64,000 nt of DNA from Kiritimatiellia bacterium (GTDB taxonomy: Bacteria; Verrucomicrobiota; Kiritimatiellia; RFP12; UBA1067): NCBI GenBank assembly GCA_045599445.1, contig JAZRWB010000027.1:1344-65343 (forward strand). The letters run 5' to 3'. The translations under genes were made by a program, and so were the position numbers. This document shows positions 8,854 through 19,600 of the stretch, in pieces. Numbering within the stretch: position 1 is the first letter of the stretch; each line of letters begins with the position of its first letter. The notes below the pieces were generated by a model. It searched no databases. It saw nothing but the letters and a program-made list of their open reading frames with translations, and was not told the origin of the DNA.

Positions 8854-8941
8854 TGGCGGAGGGAGAGGGATTCGAACCCCCGAGACCTTGCGGCCCGCCG
8901 GTTTTCAAGACCGGTGCATTAAACCACTCTGCCATCCCTCC
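8854..8941 (-). tRNA. tRNA-Ser (anticodon UGA), 88 nt, CCA encoded
   Basis: The reverse complement is GGAGGGATGGCAGAGTGGTTTAATGCACCGGTCTTGAAAACCGGCGGGCCGCAAGGTCTCGGGGGTTCGAATCCCTCTCCCTCCGCCA. Acceptor stem is 7 bp (GGAGGGA/TCCCTCC). Anticodon stem is CCGGT/ACCGG with loop CTTGAAA. It has a long variable arm and a GGTTCGAATCC T-loop. Confidence 0.95.
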
Positions 8942-8956
8942 TCGAAAGACGGGCGT

Positions 8957-8965
8957 ATTATAGCA
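8957..8965 (-). promoter_or_regulatory. Extended -10 box TGCTATAAT for tRNA-Ser, built from the last queC codons and stop
   Basis: The minus strand reads A-TGC-TAT-AAT (8965..8957). This overlaps the queC end ...ATG CTA TAA. It lies 15 nt upstream of the mature tRNA 5' end (8941). Confidence 0.6.
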
Positions 8966-9608
8966 TATTCTCCGCCGCCTTCAATCCGCGCGCGCGCAGT
9001 TTGCAGGCGGGGCACTTTCCGCAGCCCGCGCCGGGAACGCCGTTATAGCAAGTTACCGTCCGCTTCTCGATGAAATCCTTGAGCCCGAGCCGCGCGGCCA
9101 AAAGCCACTCGTCCGTCTTCGTCTTATGCATAAACGGCGCGACGATCTTCGCGGGATAGTCGAGCGCGAGGCGAATCGCCTTCTCCATCGCGACCACGAA
9201 CTTCTCGCGACAATCGGGATAGCCCGAAAAGTCCGCCTCGGAAACTCCCGTGTAGATTCGCTTCGCGCCAAGCGACTTCGCCCACACCGCCGCCGCGAGA
9301 AGGAAAAAGGCGTTTCGCCCCTCCACCACCGTCGTCGGACACTTCGCGCCGCGCTTCCGCTCGATCTTCGCGCACTTGTCGAAAAGCGCATTCGTCGTAA
9401 GCTCGGAGTAGAAGCCGAGCTTCACCGTCTTGTGGACGCAGACGCCGAAGTGGCGCGCAATCGCGCGCGCGTACTTTACTTCAATCGCATGGCGCTGACC
9501 GTAGGCGAAGGTAATCGCGGCGACTTCCTTCGCGCCATAGCGCCGAACGGCGAGCGCGAGCGCGAGCGTCGAGTCCTGTCCGCCGGAAAGCACGACGACC
9601 GCCTTCAT
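8958..9608 (-). CDS. queC: 7-cyano-7-deazaguanine synthase
   Basis: MKAVVVLSGGQDSTLA (PP-loop SGGxDS) and the C-terminal zinc cluster CYNGVPGAGCGKCPACKLR. Start ATG 9608 makes an ATGA overlap with the upstream gene's stop. The longer track ORF (to 10421) is an Arg-rich artefact overlapping the transporter gene. Confidence 0.9.
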   Translation of the reverse strand: MKAVVVLSGGQDSTLALALAVRRYGAKEVAAITFAYGQRHAIEVKYARAIARHFGVCVHKTVKLGFYSELTTNALFDKCAKIERKRGAKCPTTVVEGRNAFFLLAAAVWAKSLGAKRIYTGVSEADFSGYPDCREKFVVAMEKAIRLALDYPAKIVAPFMHKTKTDEWLLAARLGLKDFIEKRTVTCYNGVPGAGCGKCPACKLRARGLKAAENML

Positions 9609-10906
9609 CGAAAGAGCTCCCGAACGGCGAGCGCGAAGACGCCGAGGATTACAAGCGGCAGGATATAGGCGCAGTAAAACCGAAACCACGCCGGAAACTT
9701 CAACCCCTTGCCGGCGTTCGCCTCGGCGAGAAAGTTCTTCCACCCCCACCCGAAGCGATGCGTCGCGTAGAGAACGAACGCGAGCGAGCCGAGCGGCAGA
9801 AAGAAAGTTTCGAGCAGCATGACTTCGAAGTCGATCGCGCCGGCGACGCCGAGCGACGCGGGCAGGGCCAGAACCGAGGTGAGCGCGCCGGTTACGAGCG
9901 CGGCGCGACGACGCGACCAGCCGGTGTAGTCGATAATGCTCGCGATAATCGCCTCGAAAACCGCAATCACCGTGGAGAGCGCCGCGCAACTCAAAAAGAC
10001 GAAGAAGACCGCGCCCCAAATTCGACCGTGCGCCATATGGGCGAAGACCTTGGGCAAGGTGTTGAAGATAAGCGCCGGCCCCTGGTCCTGGGCGATGCCG
10101 AAGGCGAAGCACGCCGGCAAAATCACGAGCCCCGCGACGATCGCGACCAGCGTATCCAGCGAAACCACCGTAATCGCCTCGCCCGTGAGCGAGCGCTCGC
10201 GTCCGATGTAGCTTCCGAAAATCGACATCGCGCCGATGCCGAGCGAGAGCGAAAGGAACGACTGGTTCATCGCGTGCGCCACCACGTTCGCGACGCCTAC
10301 CGCGCGCATCCGCTCGAAATTCGGCACCAGCAAAAACTTCAAGCCCTCGCCCGCGCCGTCGAGCGACAGACTGTGAGCCGCCAAAATCACGATCAGAACG
10401 AAGAGCGAAAGCATCATCCACTTGGTAACGCGCTCGATGCCGTTCTTAAGTCCGATTATGCTGACCCCGGTCGCGATTGCGGTCGCAATGAGCATCGCAA
10501 ATGTCTGTTCGCCGGGCCGGGCGAGCAAGTCCGCGTGGGCTATTCCCGCGTTCGCGATCGTGCGAACGAAATAGGAGATAAGCCAGCCGGTGATCGTCGT
10601 GTAGAAAGTCATAATCAGCACGCACCCGGCAAGCCCGGCGACGCCGTGCGCCCGCCAAAGCCGCTTTTCCGGCGTCAGCGTTTCGTGAGTCCGCGCGAGC
10701 GAGCGACCCGCGCCGCGCCCGATTGCGAACTCCATCGTCATCACCGGAATCCCGAGGAGCGCGAGGCAGCCGAAGTAGACGAGCAAAAAGCACCCGCCGC
10801 CGCACTCTCCGGTAATGTAGGGGAAGCGCCAGACGTTACCGAGCCCGATGGCGCATCCCGCCGAAAGCAGGATGAACCCGAGCCGACTCGCGAGCTTCTC
10901 GCGCAT
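9605..10906 (-). CDS. Sodium-dependent transporter, neurotransmitter:sodium symporter (SNF/NSS) family
   Basis: The N-terminal hallmark is GFILLSAGCAIGLGNVWRFPY. The 433-aa protein is hydrophobic throughout, with multiple TM segments. Confidence 0.9.
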   Translation of the reverse strand: MREKLASRLGFILLSAGCAIGLGNVWRFPYITGECGGGCFLLVYFGCLALLGIPVMTMEFAIGRGAGRSLARTHETLTPEKRLWRAHGVAGLAGCVLIMTFYTTITGWLISYFVRTIANAGIAHADLLARPGEQTFAMLIATAIATGVSIIGLKNGIERVTKWMMLSLFVLIVILAAHSLSLDGAGEGLKFLLVPNFERMRAVGVANVVAHAMNQSFLSLSLGIGAMSIFGSYIGRERSLTGEAITVVSLDTLVAIVAGLVILPACFAFGIAQDQGPALIFNTLPKVFAHMAHGRIWGAVFFVFLSCAALSTVIAVFEAIIASIIDYTGWSRRRAALVTGALTSVLALPASLGVAGAIDFEVMLLETFFLPLGSLAFVLYATHRFGWGWKNFLAEANAGKGLKFPAWFRFYCAYILPLVILGVFALAVRELFR

Positions 10907-10910
10907 CCGC

Positions 10911-11924
10911 TTACTTCTTCGCCGCTTCCTTGATCTTCTCGACGATCCGCGCGGTCACGTCGGGATGTTCCTTAAGGAACTCCGCCGTCGCCTGCGCGCC
11001 CTGGCCGAGCTGCTGATCCTCGAACGAAATCCAGCTGCCGCGCTTCTCGACGACGTTGTGGACGAGCGCCGCGTCCAACACCGAACCCTCGTAGGAAATT
11101 CCGCAAGCGTAGAGAATGTCGAACTCCGCTTCGGTAAAGGGCGGCGCGACCTTGTTCTTCACGACCTTGACGCGAGTGCGGTTGCCGATTACGGCCTGGG
11201 CGGTGTTCTTGATCGTCGCGATCCGGCTCACCTGCAAACGTACCGAGGCGTAGAACTTGAGCGCCTTGCCGCCGGGCGTGGTTTCGGGGTTGCCGAACAT
11301 AATGCCGATCTTCTCGCGCACCTGGTTGGTGAAGATAAGGAGCGTCTTCGTCTGGGCGATGGTCGCCGTCAGCTTGCGCATCGCCTGCGACATGAGCCGC
11401 GCCTGAAGGCCCATGTGGGAGTCGCCCATATCGCCGTCGATTTCGGCTTGGGGCGTAAGCGCCGCGACCGAGTCCACGACAACGACGTCGAGCGCACCCG
11501 ACTTCACGAGCTGCTCGCAAATCGTCAGCGCCTCTTCGCCGCTATTGGGTTGGGAAATGATGAGGTCGTCGAGATTAACGCCGATCTTCTTCGCGTACGC
11601 CGGGTCGAGCGCGTGTTCCGCGTCGATGAAGGCGGCGATGCCGCCCGCCTTCTGGGCGTTGGCGACGACGTGCAGCGCGAGCGTCGTCTTGCCCGACGAC
11701 TCGTGGCCGTAGCACTCGACGATGCGACCGCGCGGAAGCCCGCCCACGCCGAGCGCGAGGTCGAGCGAAAGCGCGCCCGTCGGAATCACCGGAATGTCCT
11801 TAAGCTCCTGATCGCCCATCCGCATAATCGCCATCTCGCCGAATTCCTTGCGGATCGTCGACATCACCGCTTCGAGCGCGCTCTCGGTAGCCTTAGTCGC
11901 AACAGTTTTCGTGGTCTTCGCCAT
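10911..11924 (-). CDS. recA: Recombinase RecA
   Basis: [46 protein letters not shown] and [33 protein letters not shown]. Confidence 0.97.
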   Translation of the reverse strand: MAKTTKTVATKATESALEAVMSTIRKEFGEMAIMRMGDQELKDIPVIPTGALSLDLALGVGGLPRGRIVECYGHESSGKTTLALHVVANAQKAGGIAAFIDAEHALDPAYAKKIGVNLDDLIISQPNSGEEALTICEQLVKSGALDVVVVDSVAALTPQAEIDGDMGDSHMGLQARLMSQAMRKLTATIAQTKTLLIFTNQVREKIGIMFGNPETTPGGKALKFYASVRLQVSRIATIKNTAQAVIGNRTRVKVVKNKVAPPFTEAEFDILYACGISYEGSVLDAALVHNVVEKRGSWISFEDQQLGQGAQATAEFLKEHPDVTARIVEKIKEAAKK

Positions 11925-11956
11925 AATTGTTTCCCCCTGAAGTTGATGTTGGCTCT

Positions 11957-11965
11957 ATTATACCA
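11957..11965 (-). promoter_or_regulatory. Extended -10 box TGGTATAAT for recA, built from the last uvrA codons and stop
   Basis: The minus strand reads T-TGG-TAT-AAT (11965..11957). This overlaps the uvrA end ...TTG GTA TAA. It lies 32 nt upstream of the recA ATG, with GGGGGA as a likely RBS. Confidence 0.6.
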
Positions 11966-14705
11966 AAAATCCACCGGTTATCGAGCGCGAACAAGCTCGG
12001 ATTTTATCTATCGTTCCCTCGGCGACGAGCTCGCCGCCCTTCTCGCCGCCGCCCGGCCCCAAGTCGATTATCCAATCCGCGCTCTTGATAACGTCGAGAT
12101 TGTGCTCGATTACGACTACGGTGTTGCCCTGATCGCGCAACTTCAAAAGGAGCTTCATCAACTTCGCGACGTCGTCGAAGTGCAGCCCCGTCGTCGGCTC
12201 GTCGAGCAGATACAGCGTCCGCCCGGTCGCGCGGCGCGAAAGCTCGGTCGCGAGTTTGATGCGCTGGGCCTCGCCGCCGGAGAGCGTGGTCGCGGACTGG
12301 CCGAGTTGGATGTAGCCGAGCCCGACGTCGACGAGCGTTTTCAGCTTGCGCGCGAGCGACGGCACTTTGGCGAAAAACTCGTACGCCTCGCTCACCGTCA
12401 TCGCCAGCACCTCGGAGATGTTCTTGCCGCCGTAGGTTACCTCCAGCGTCTCCGAATTGAAGCGCTTGCCGCCGCACTGTTCGCAAGGAACGTACACGTC
12501 GGGCAAAAAGCTCATTTCGAGTTTCTGGACGCCATCGCCGCCGCACACCTCGCACCGCCCGCCCTTCACGTTGAACGAGAAGCGGCCCGCGGTGTAGCCG
12601 CGCGCCTTCGCAGACTCGGTCGCCGCGAAGAGTTCGCGAATCTCCGAGAAGAATCCGACGTAGGTCGCGGGGTTCGAGCGCGGCGTGCGCCCGATCGGCG
12701 ACTGGTCGATCTCGATTACCTTGTCGAAGGCGTCGACGCCAGAAAGCTTGCGGTATTTGCCGGGCGTTTCCTTCGCGCCGTAAAGTTCGCGTTTGAGCGC
12801 GCGCTTTAGGGTTTCGTCGACGAGCGTCGACTTGCCCGAGCCGGAAACGCCGGTTACGACGGTGAACGACCCGACCGGGATATGGACGGTAAGATTCTTG
12901 AGATTATGCTCCGATGCGCCGGAAAGAACGAGAAACTTCTTCGGCGAGGCCTGGTTCTTCGAGGCGCTCTCCGCGACCACTCGCTTCCGACCCGAAAGGT
13001 AATCCGCGGTCAGCGACTTCGCCTTTAACAGTCCCCGGTAGTCGCCTTGGTAGACGACCTCGCCGCCTTCGCGACCCGCGCCCGGCCCCAAATCGACGAT
13101 CCAATCCGCCGCGCGCATCATTTCCGCGTCGTGTTCGACAATGACGACCGTGTTGCCGCGATCGCGCAAATCCTTCAAAGTCGCGATCAGCCGTTCGTTG
13201 TCGCGCGGATGCAGCCCGATCGTCGGCTCGTCGAGAACGTAGAGAACGCCCGTAAGCCCCGAACCGATCTGCGTCGCGAGGCGAATCCGCTGCATTTCGC
13301 CGCCGGAGAGCGTCGCGCTCGCGCGATCGAGCGTAAGATAATCGAGCCCCACATCAACGAGAAATTCGAGTCGCCGGACGATTTCGCCGAGAATGTCCTT
13401 CATTCCGCGAAAGGCGAGCGGCTTGAAAAACGCGAGCGCCTCGGTTACCGGCATCGCCATCACCTCGACGATGGTCTTGCCGCCGACCGTCGCCGAACGC
13501 GCCTCGGGACGAAGCCGCGCGCCCTTGCACTCGGGACAGGTGCGATAGCTCCGATACGCGCCCCACTTCTCGCGCGTCTCGTCGTCCTCCGCCTCCGCAA
13601 GTCGCTTTTCGAGCGTCGCGATCACGCCCTCGAAAGGCCGATCCACGCTGCGCCACGGCAAAACGAGATCGTCCTTAAAGCCATGCATGAGATTGTGGCG
13701 AAACGCCGATGGCAGCTTCTCGTAGGGCGTCGAAAGCCGAACCTTGTACTGACGGGCGATCTGCTCCAAAAGCGCGTTATAGTACATGATCGCGTTGTGC
13801 CCCGCGCGTCGCCAAGGATGAATGCACTCGCGCAAGGGAAGGGTCTTATCGGGAACGATCAGCTCCTCGTCGAAATAGTAGAGCTGGCCGAGCCCGCCGC
13901 ACTTCTCGCACGCGCCGAACGGCGAATTGAACGAGAAGGAGCGCGGCTTCAGTTCGCCGAAGGAAATTCCGCAATGCGGGCAGGCGTTAAGCTCGGAAAA
14001 GACCTCGTCGTTCGCGTAGAGCGTACCCGAGCCCGCCTTAAGCGCCGTCTCCACCGAATCGACGAGCCGCGTCCGCTCGCACGGCACGACCAGTCGATCG
14101 ACCACGACGTCGATATTGTGGGCGCGCTTCTTGTCCAACTCGGGCGCTTCCTCGACGAGATACGTCTCGCCGTCAACTCTTACGCGCGCGAAACCATTGC
14201 GCTTCAAGGTCGCGAAAACCTCTTCGTGGCGACCCTTCTTGCCCTTCACCACCGGCGCGTAGAGAACGAGCTTGCCGGGCTTTTTAACGAGCGCGTCGAC
14301 GATCTCCTCCGCCGATTGGCGCACTACCGCGCGACCGCACTTCGGACAATGCGCCGTCGCGACCGAGCCGTAGAGAACGCGCAGATAGTCGTGAATCTCG
14401 GTAACCGTCGCCACAATCGAACGCGGATTGCCGCTCGTCGTGTGCTGTTCGATGGAGATCGCCGGCGAGAGTCCTTCGATGCGCTCGACGTCCGGCTTGG
14501 CGAGACGATCCAAAAACTGCCGCGCGTAGGCCGAGAGCGACTCCACGTAGCGACGCTGGCCCTCGGCGTAGAGCGTGTCGAAGGCGAGCGACGACTTGCC
14601 GCTACCCGAAAGCCCCGTAATCACCGTAAGCGAATTGCGGGGAATCGTTACGTCGACGCCCTTGAGGTTGTGCACTCGGGCGTTCTTGATCGTAATATCG
14701 GTCAC
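11958..14705 (-). CDS. uvrA: Excinuclease ABC subunit A
   Basis: [50 protein letters not shown], two ABC modules and CxxC zinc fingers. I chose GTG 14705 (GTGA overlap with the rho stop). The 42 residues upstream in the track ORF overlap rho and show no UvrA-like sequence. Confidence 0.93.
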   Translation of the reverse strand: MTDITIKNARVHNLKGVDVTIPRNSLTVITGLSGSGKSSLAFDTLYAEGQRRYVESLSAYARQFLDRLAKPDVERIEGLSPAISIEQHTTSGNPRSIVATVTEIHDYLRVLYGSVATAHCPKCGRAVVRQSAEEIVDALVKKPGKLVLYAPVVKGKKGRHEEVFATLKRNGFARVRVDGETYLVEEAPELDKKRAHNIDVVVDRLVVPCERTRLVDSVETALKAGSGTLYANDEVFSELNACPHCGISFGELKPRSFSFNSPFGACEKCGGLGQLYYFDEELIVPDKTLPLRECIHPWRRAGHNAIMYYNALLEQIARQYKVRLSTPYEKLPSAFRHNLMHGFKDDLVLPWRSVDRPFEGVIATLEKRLAEAEDDETREKWGAYRSYRTCPECKGARLRPEARSATVGGKTIVEVMAMPVTEALAFFKPLAFRGMKDILGEIVRRLEFLVDVGLDYLTLDRASATLSGGEMQRIRLATQIGSGLTGVLYVLDEPTIGLHPRDNERLIATLKDLRDRGNTVVIVEHDAEMMRAADWIVDLGPGAGREGGEVVYQGDYRGLLKAKSLTADYLSGRKRVVAESASKNQASPKKFLVLSGASEHNLKNLTVHIPVGSFTVVTGVSGSGKSTLVDETLKRALKRELYGAKETPGKYRKLSGVDAFDKVIEIDQSPIGRTPRSNPATYVGFFSEIRELFAATESAKARGYTAGRFSFNVKGGRCEVCGGDGVQKLEMSFLPDVYVPCEQCGGKRFNSETLEVTYGGKNISEVLAMTVSEAYEFFAKVPSLARKLKTLVDVGLGYIQLGQSATTLSGGEAQRIKLATELSRRATGRTLYLLDEPTTGLHFDDVAKLMKLLLKLRDQGNTVVVIEHNLDVIKSADWIIDLGPGGGEKGGELVAEGTIDKIRACSRSITGGFLV

Positions 14706-16171
14706 TGCAAGTTCTTGAGATCCAGCGCCAGGAGGAATTCGGGATTCGACTTGGTCTTCTTGAGCGAATTGAGAACGCTCTTCATCGCGCTTTCCGAGCC
14801 CGCCGCCGAGAGAATTCGGCGCAAGCCCCAAGTCTTCTCCAGCTCCAACGGATCGAGCAAGAGGTCTTCCTTGCGCGTACCCGACTTGTCGATGTCGATC
14901 GCCGGGAAGATTCGCTTGTCGGCGAGCGCGCGATCGAGCACGATTTCCATGTTGCCCGTGCCCTTGAACTCCTCGAAGATGACTTCGTCCATGCGGCTAC
15001 CGGTGTCGACGAGACCGGTCGCGATAATGGTCAGCGAGCCGCCGCCCTCGATGTTGCGCGCCGCGCCGAAGAAGCGCTTCGGCCGGTGCATCGCGAGCGC
15101 GTCCACGCCGCCGGTCAGAATCTTTCCCGAATGGGGCTGGACGGTATTGTAGGCGCGCGCCATACGGGTAATGGAATCGAGGAGAATGACGACGTCGCGT
15201 CCGTTCTCCACCTGGCGCTTGGACATTTCGATTACCATCTCGGCGACATTGACGTGGTGTTGCGGCTCCTCGTCGAAAGTCGAGGAAAGTACCATCGCCT
15301 TGGTGTTGCGCTGCATATCCGTAACTTCCTCCGGCCGCTCGTCAATCAAGAGAATGATGAGCATCGCGTCGGGGTGGTTGGCGGTAATGGCGTTCGCCAT
15401 CTTCTGCAAAAGCACGGTCTTGCCGACGCGCGGCGGCGCGATGATAAGCCCGCGCTGCCCGAAGCCGATCGGCGTAAAGAGGTCGATGACGCGCGTCGAA
15501 TATTCCTTCGCTTCGGTTTCGAGAATGATCCGACGGGTCGGGAAGGTCGCGGTCAGGTTCTCGAAGTGGACGACGCGCGCCGCCACCGACGGCTCCTTGC
15601 CGTTGACGAGATTGACGTTGCCGAGGCAGAAGTAGCGATCGCGGTCACGCGGATCGCGAATCGGCCCTTCGATGATGTCGCCGGTGCGGAGCGCGTGGCG
15701 ACGAATCTGCTGCAAGGTAACGAACACGTCCTCGGGGCAGGCGAGGAAGTTGTTCTTCGCCGAGCGCAAGAACCCGTGACCCTCGCGGACGATCTCCAGA
15801 CACCCCGACGCGATTACCGAGCCGCCGCGCGCGAGATAGGTGCGGATGGCGGCGAAAATAAGCTCATGCTTGCGGTAGCTGCCGAGTTCCTCCGGATCCG
15901 CTCCCGGCATCATCCGCTCGACGATAAGCGGCGCCGGCCAAGTCTGGATGTCGGCGAGCCGGTATTCCTCGAGCTCGGGATTGCGGCGCGGGTTGGCGGC
16001 CTCGTCCGCGACTTCCGCCGGTCGCTCCGTCGGGAGCGGCGCGTTCAAAAGCGGATTCACCGACTCCACTCCGCCACCGACCGGCGCCGACCGCTTGACG
16101 AACGGTTTGCGACGCGGGACGAATTTCTTCTTCATCGAATCGGCGAATACGTCTAATTCTTCTTCAGCCAT
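14702..16171 (-). CDS. rho: Transcription termination factor Rho (with an N-terminal extension)
   Basis: [19 protein letters not shown] (Walker A), [27 protein letters not shown] and [39 protein letters not shown]. Confidence 0.96.
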   Translation of the reverse strand: MAEEELDVFADSMKKKFVPRRKPFVKRSAPVGGGVESVNPLLNAPLPTERPAEVADEAANPRRNPELEEYRLADIQTWPAPLIVERMMPGADPEELGSYRKHELIFAAIRTYLARGGSVIASGCLEIVREGHGFLRSAKNNFLACPEDVFVTLQQIRRHALRTGDIIEGPIRDPRDRDRYFCLGNVNLVNGKEPSVAARVVHFENLTATFPTRRIILETEAKEYSTRVIDLFTPIGFGQRGLIIAPPRVGKTVLLQKMANAITANHPDAMLIILLIDERPEEVTDMQRNTKAMVLSSTFDEEPQHHVNVAEMVIEMSKRQVENGRDVVILLDSITRMARAYNTVQPHSGKILTGGVDALAMHRPKRFFGAARNIEGGGSLTIIATGLVDTGSRMDEVIFEEFKGTGNMEIVLDRALADKRIFPAIDIDKSGTRKEDLLLDPLELEKTWGLRRILSAAGSESAMKSVLNSLKKTKSNPEFLLALDLKNLQ

Positions 16172-16659
16172 GATACCAGTTTCTCCGCTTCCTTGCGCAG
16201 CTCCTTCGGGGAGCCGTTGTTTTCGATTACGTAGTGGGATTTTTTCGCCTTGTCGGCTACGGGCATTTGCGCCTTAAGCCGCGCTTCGGCTTCCTCGCGG
16301 CTATAACCGCGACCGTTCATCATCCGTTCGAGTTGCTTCTCCCGATCGGAGACGACAGCGCATATTATATCATATTCGCCCTGCCAACCGACTTCAAAAA
16401 GTAGCGGAATGACGTGCAGCTTCTCCGGCTCCGCCTTAAGCCGCGCTTTAACGAGCGGATGGATTCGCGCCTCCAGCTCGCGGCGAGCGACGGGATTCTT
16501 GAAGACCGTTTCCCGCAATTTCGCGCGCTCTTCCTCGCCGATAAGCTCGTGAACGACGTCATCCGCGTCGAGCGTGGCGACGCCGAGTTCGTTCAAGTAT
16601 TGACAAAGGAGGGATTTGCCGCAGGCAATCCCTCCCGTGAGACAGATTCTTTTCATCAA
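16153..16659 (-). CDS. coaE: Dephospho-CoA kinase
   Basis: [13 protein letters not shown]-loop and [10 protein letters not shown] in a 168-aa protein. It overlaps the rho start by 19 nt. Confidence 0.88.
   Translation of the reverse strand: MMKRICLTGGIACGKSLLCQYLNELGVATLDADDVVHELIGEEERAKLRETVFKNPVARRELEARIHPLVKARLKAEPEKLHVIPLLFEVGWQGEYDIICAVVSDREKQLERMMNGRGYSREEAEARLKAQMPVADKAKKSHYVIENNGSPKELRKEAEKLVSWLKKN
16364..16372 (-). promoter_or_regulatory. Intragenic extended -10 box TGATATAAT inside coaE, candidate rho promoter
   Basis: The minus strand reads TGATATAAT (16372..16364). It is encoded by coaE codons TAT GAT ATA ATA (YDII), 192 nt upstream of the rho ATG. Confidence 0.4.
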
Positions 16660-16662
16660 AGG

Positions 16663-19600
16663 TTATTCGACCGTCGGCGCGGCCTTGACCTCGGCCTCGT
16701 CGGCGGCCTCGTCTCCCGGACGGTACTCGCGTCCGGTCGGCTTAATGAGGCGTCCGGTCACGAAGATCAGCAAGTTACGCTTGATCGTCTGCTCGGCGTG
16801 GCTGCGGAAGAGCCGACCGATGAACGGAAGATCGCCGAGGAACGGGACCTTATCATCCATCGCCTTGCGCTGCTCGGTGATGAGACCGCCCAAAACCACC
16901 GTCGAACCCGGAGTAATGTAGACCTTGGTGTCGATCGAACGGACGTGGAAGAACGGCTGTTCCATCGGCGCGTCGTAATAGGTCATATTGTCCGACTGCG
17001 ACTTGGTGAGGTTGTCGAGCGCGGCTTTCGCCGCATCCGTCTCGGTAGTGATAATCCATTCGGCGGTCTTCGGCGGAATTTCCGCAATCGCCTGAATCGA
17101 GTTGGCGAGACCGTCGAAGATGCCGCCGATGCCCTCGAAGTTCTGGAGCGAGCTATTGCCCGTGAACGGAATCTTCATACCGTAGTTCTTCCAAGTCGGC
17201 TCGTCGACGACCTGCGGCTTGAGCTCGAGCTCAATTACGTTACCGCTCTGGATGTAGGAAGGCGTGACGTCGAGAATAACGCCGACTTCGCGCATCTCGA
17301 AATTCTGGGGCTCGACGATTGCGAGAATCGACGACTGCGAACTGCTGTTGTATCCGCCGCCCGAGCTCGACGACTGGAGCTGGACGTCGTAGTCCTTCGG
17401 ATAGAGGAATTCGGTAACGACCTTGATGGTCGCTTGCTGACCGTTGCTCGTCACGATCTTCGGCGCCGACAAAAGGTCGGTATCGCTACGCTGCGAGAGC
17501 ATGTGGAGAATCATCGAAAGATCCGCGCTACCGAGGAACGCGTTAACCCGCATGAACTGGTCGTTGGTCGACTTGCCTTCGCCGGAAATGTGGTTGCTCA
17601 TCGTCGAGAGATAGCGATTACCATTACCGTATTCGCTACCACCGCCGAAGGCATTAAGCCCGATACGCTCGCGAGAACCGGTGGAGCGATGCCAAGCGGT
17701 TCCCGAAGTAGCGGCGCTCGCCGCCGATCCGCCGGTTCCGGACGTGGTCCCGCCGACATCACGATTGTCGAAATTGAAGCCCGAGGACGAGCCGCCGTCG
17801 CCACTCGCCGAGGAAACCGGCGAGAACGTTCCGCCGTGAATGCCGAGCGCCCGCGCTACGCCACCGTTCAAATTGATGCCGACGTCGTCGTTCAAAATCC
17901 ACTCGAAGCCGAGCGAGTTGAGGTCTTCCTGGGCGACTTCGACGAAGCGAGTCTCGATTTCGATCATCTTCGGCTGGGCGTCGAGCGCTTCCAAAACCTT
18001 CTCGAACTGCGCGAGGTTTTCCAGCGTGTTGTGAACGAAAAGCTTGCCGAGCGCCTTGATGTGGACGATCGACGAACCTTCCGGCCAGTTGACGCCGAGC
18101 TGGGTAAAGACGTTCTTCCAATCGCGCTGTTCCTCGTCGTCCTTCGCGCTCGCGCGGTTGACGGCGCCGAAGCGATTGCCGCCCTTGCCCGAGTTGAGTT
18201 CCTCGGCGGCGGAGGCGACGTGTTCGGAAAGGACGTCTTGAACGTCGTACTGGCGCGAGACCATATCGGAGCTCGCCTCGCCCTTCGCCATCACCATCAC
18301 AACCGAACCGTTCACGACGAACTTGTAATCGACCGTATCGCAGACGAGCTTCAAGGCGTCGTAGAACGAGATGTCGCTCGCGGCGAGCGTGGTAATAACC
18401 GCGAGCCCCGTGGAAGGCGCCTCGACGTCGCCGCCAAAGCCCTCGCTCTCCTCGCTCCTCGCGACGGTAACCGGCTGGGGAGTGCGCAACACGAAGTTAA
18501 ACCCGCGCTTCTCCGGCGGCAGATCCGGACGGTCGTAATCCTTCGACATCTGGCGGAACGAGTCCACCGCCTCGACGATGGTCGCCGGCGGCTTGAACGA
18601 AATGTTCGGCAGGCGCATTTCCTTCATCCGGCGGATGATCTCCTGTTCCTGCGAGCGCTCCGGATCGGCGCCGAGCGCAACCTTGCGGGTCTCGGAATCG
18701 ACTTCGCGAAGCTGGGCGGCGTTAACCGCGTAGACCGGCCGCCACGCCTCGTCGACATCGGCGATCATACCCTCGCGAGCCGCTTCGCGCTCCTGCTTCA
18801 AAATGGTCTGGCGCTTGCGTTCGATCGTCCGTTTAAGCCGCATCGCCTCCTGATTCGCGGGGTCGCTGACGAGCACGATCTCGGCCTCTTCGAGCGCCTT
18901 CTTCATTTCCCTAAGTGCCAAGTACTGGCGGGAACGACGAAGGTGCTTGGCGATATTGTCGCGATCCGACTTGTAGTCCGACTCGTTCTTGCGGTGCTTA
19001 AGCTCGCTGACATCAACCTTGTTCGCTTCGGGATCGCCCTCCTCGAGCCAATCTTCCAAAACCGCGCGCGCCTTCGGGTGGCGCATGTCGACGGCCTTCT
19101 CCATCAACTTGACCGCGCGATCGCGACGACCGTACTCGTCTTCCTGCAAAGCCGAGCGATAAAGCCCCTCGGCGATTCCCTGATCGCACTCGCGACGCAA
19201 CTTCTTCATCGCGGGACGGTCGTTCAAGAGTTTGGCGGCGATACCGTAGTGGCGAACCGCGTCGGTAAACTCCTCGTTCTCCATCGCCGCTCGCGCCTCG
19301 ACGATTTCACGCTTCGCCTGGGCATCGAGCGCGCCGCGACGCAGCCGCTCGGTGGCCGCGAGTTCGGCGACAATCGCCGCATCCCCGAGCGCCACGGGAG
19401 TTATCGCCTTGGGCGCCTCGCCGGCGGCGACCGGCGCTTCGCCGCTTTCGCTCGCCAATTCGTCCAAAAGGTTCAACACATCGTCGACTTCCTGATTGCT
19501 CGCCACCGTCGGAGCGGGCGCGGGAGCAGGCTCGGCAACCGGAGCGGGCTCCGGCTCCGCAACCGGCGCGGGCTCGGGCTCGGCAACCGGAGCAACCGCC

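Noticed and set aside
8718-8941. Genomic island integrated at tRNA-Ser
   Set aside because: There is no integrase, no recognisable repeat of the tRNA 3' half within the window, and the left boundary is off-window. I kept only a low-interest note on the repeats.
8958-10421. N-terminally extended versions of track ORFs (8958..10421, 11958..14831, 23454..24707, 24170..25930, 57093..57932, 62119..62880, 62811..63479, 60777..61679, 58266..59477, 50898..51896)
   Set aside because: The extensions are Arg-rich or overlap the upstream gene. The conserved family N-terminus (PP-loop, prepilin motif, NUDIX fold start and so on) begins at an internal ATG/GTG that forms a 4-nt or 1-nt overlap with the upstream stop.
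11925-12000. LexA/SOS box upstream of recA
   Set aside because: I looked for CTGT-N8-ACAG, GAAC-N4-GTTC, GTTC-N7-GTTC and TGTTC-N4-GAACA-type palindromes. Only TTGTTCGCGCTCGATAAC and a short CGAGC...GCTCG stem are present, and neither matches a known LexA motif.
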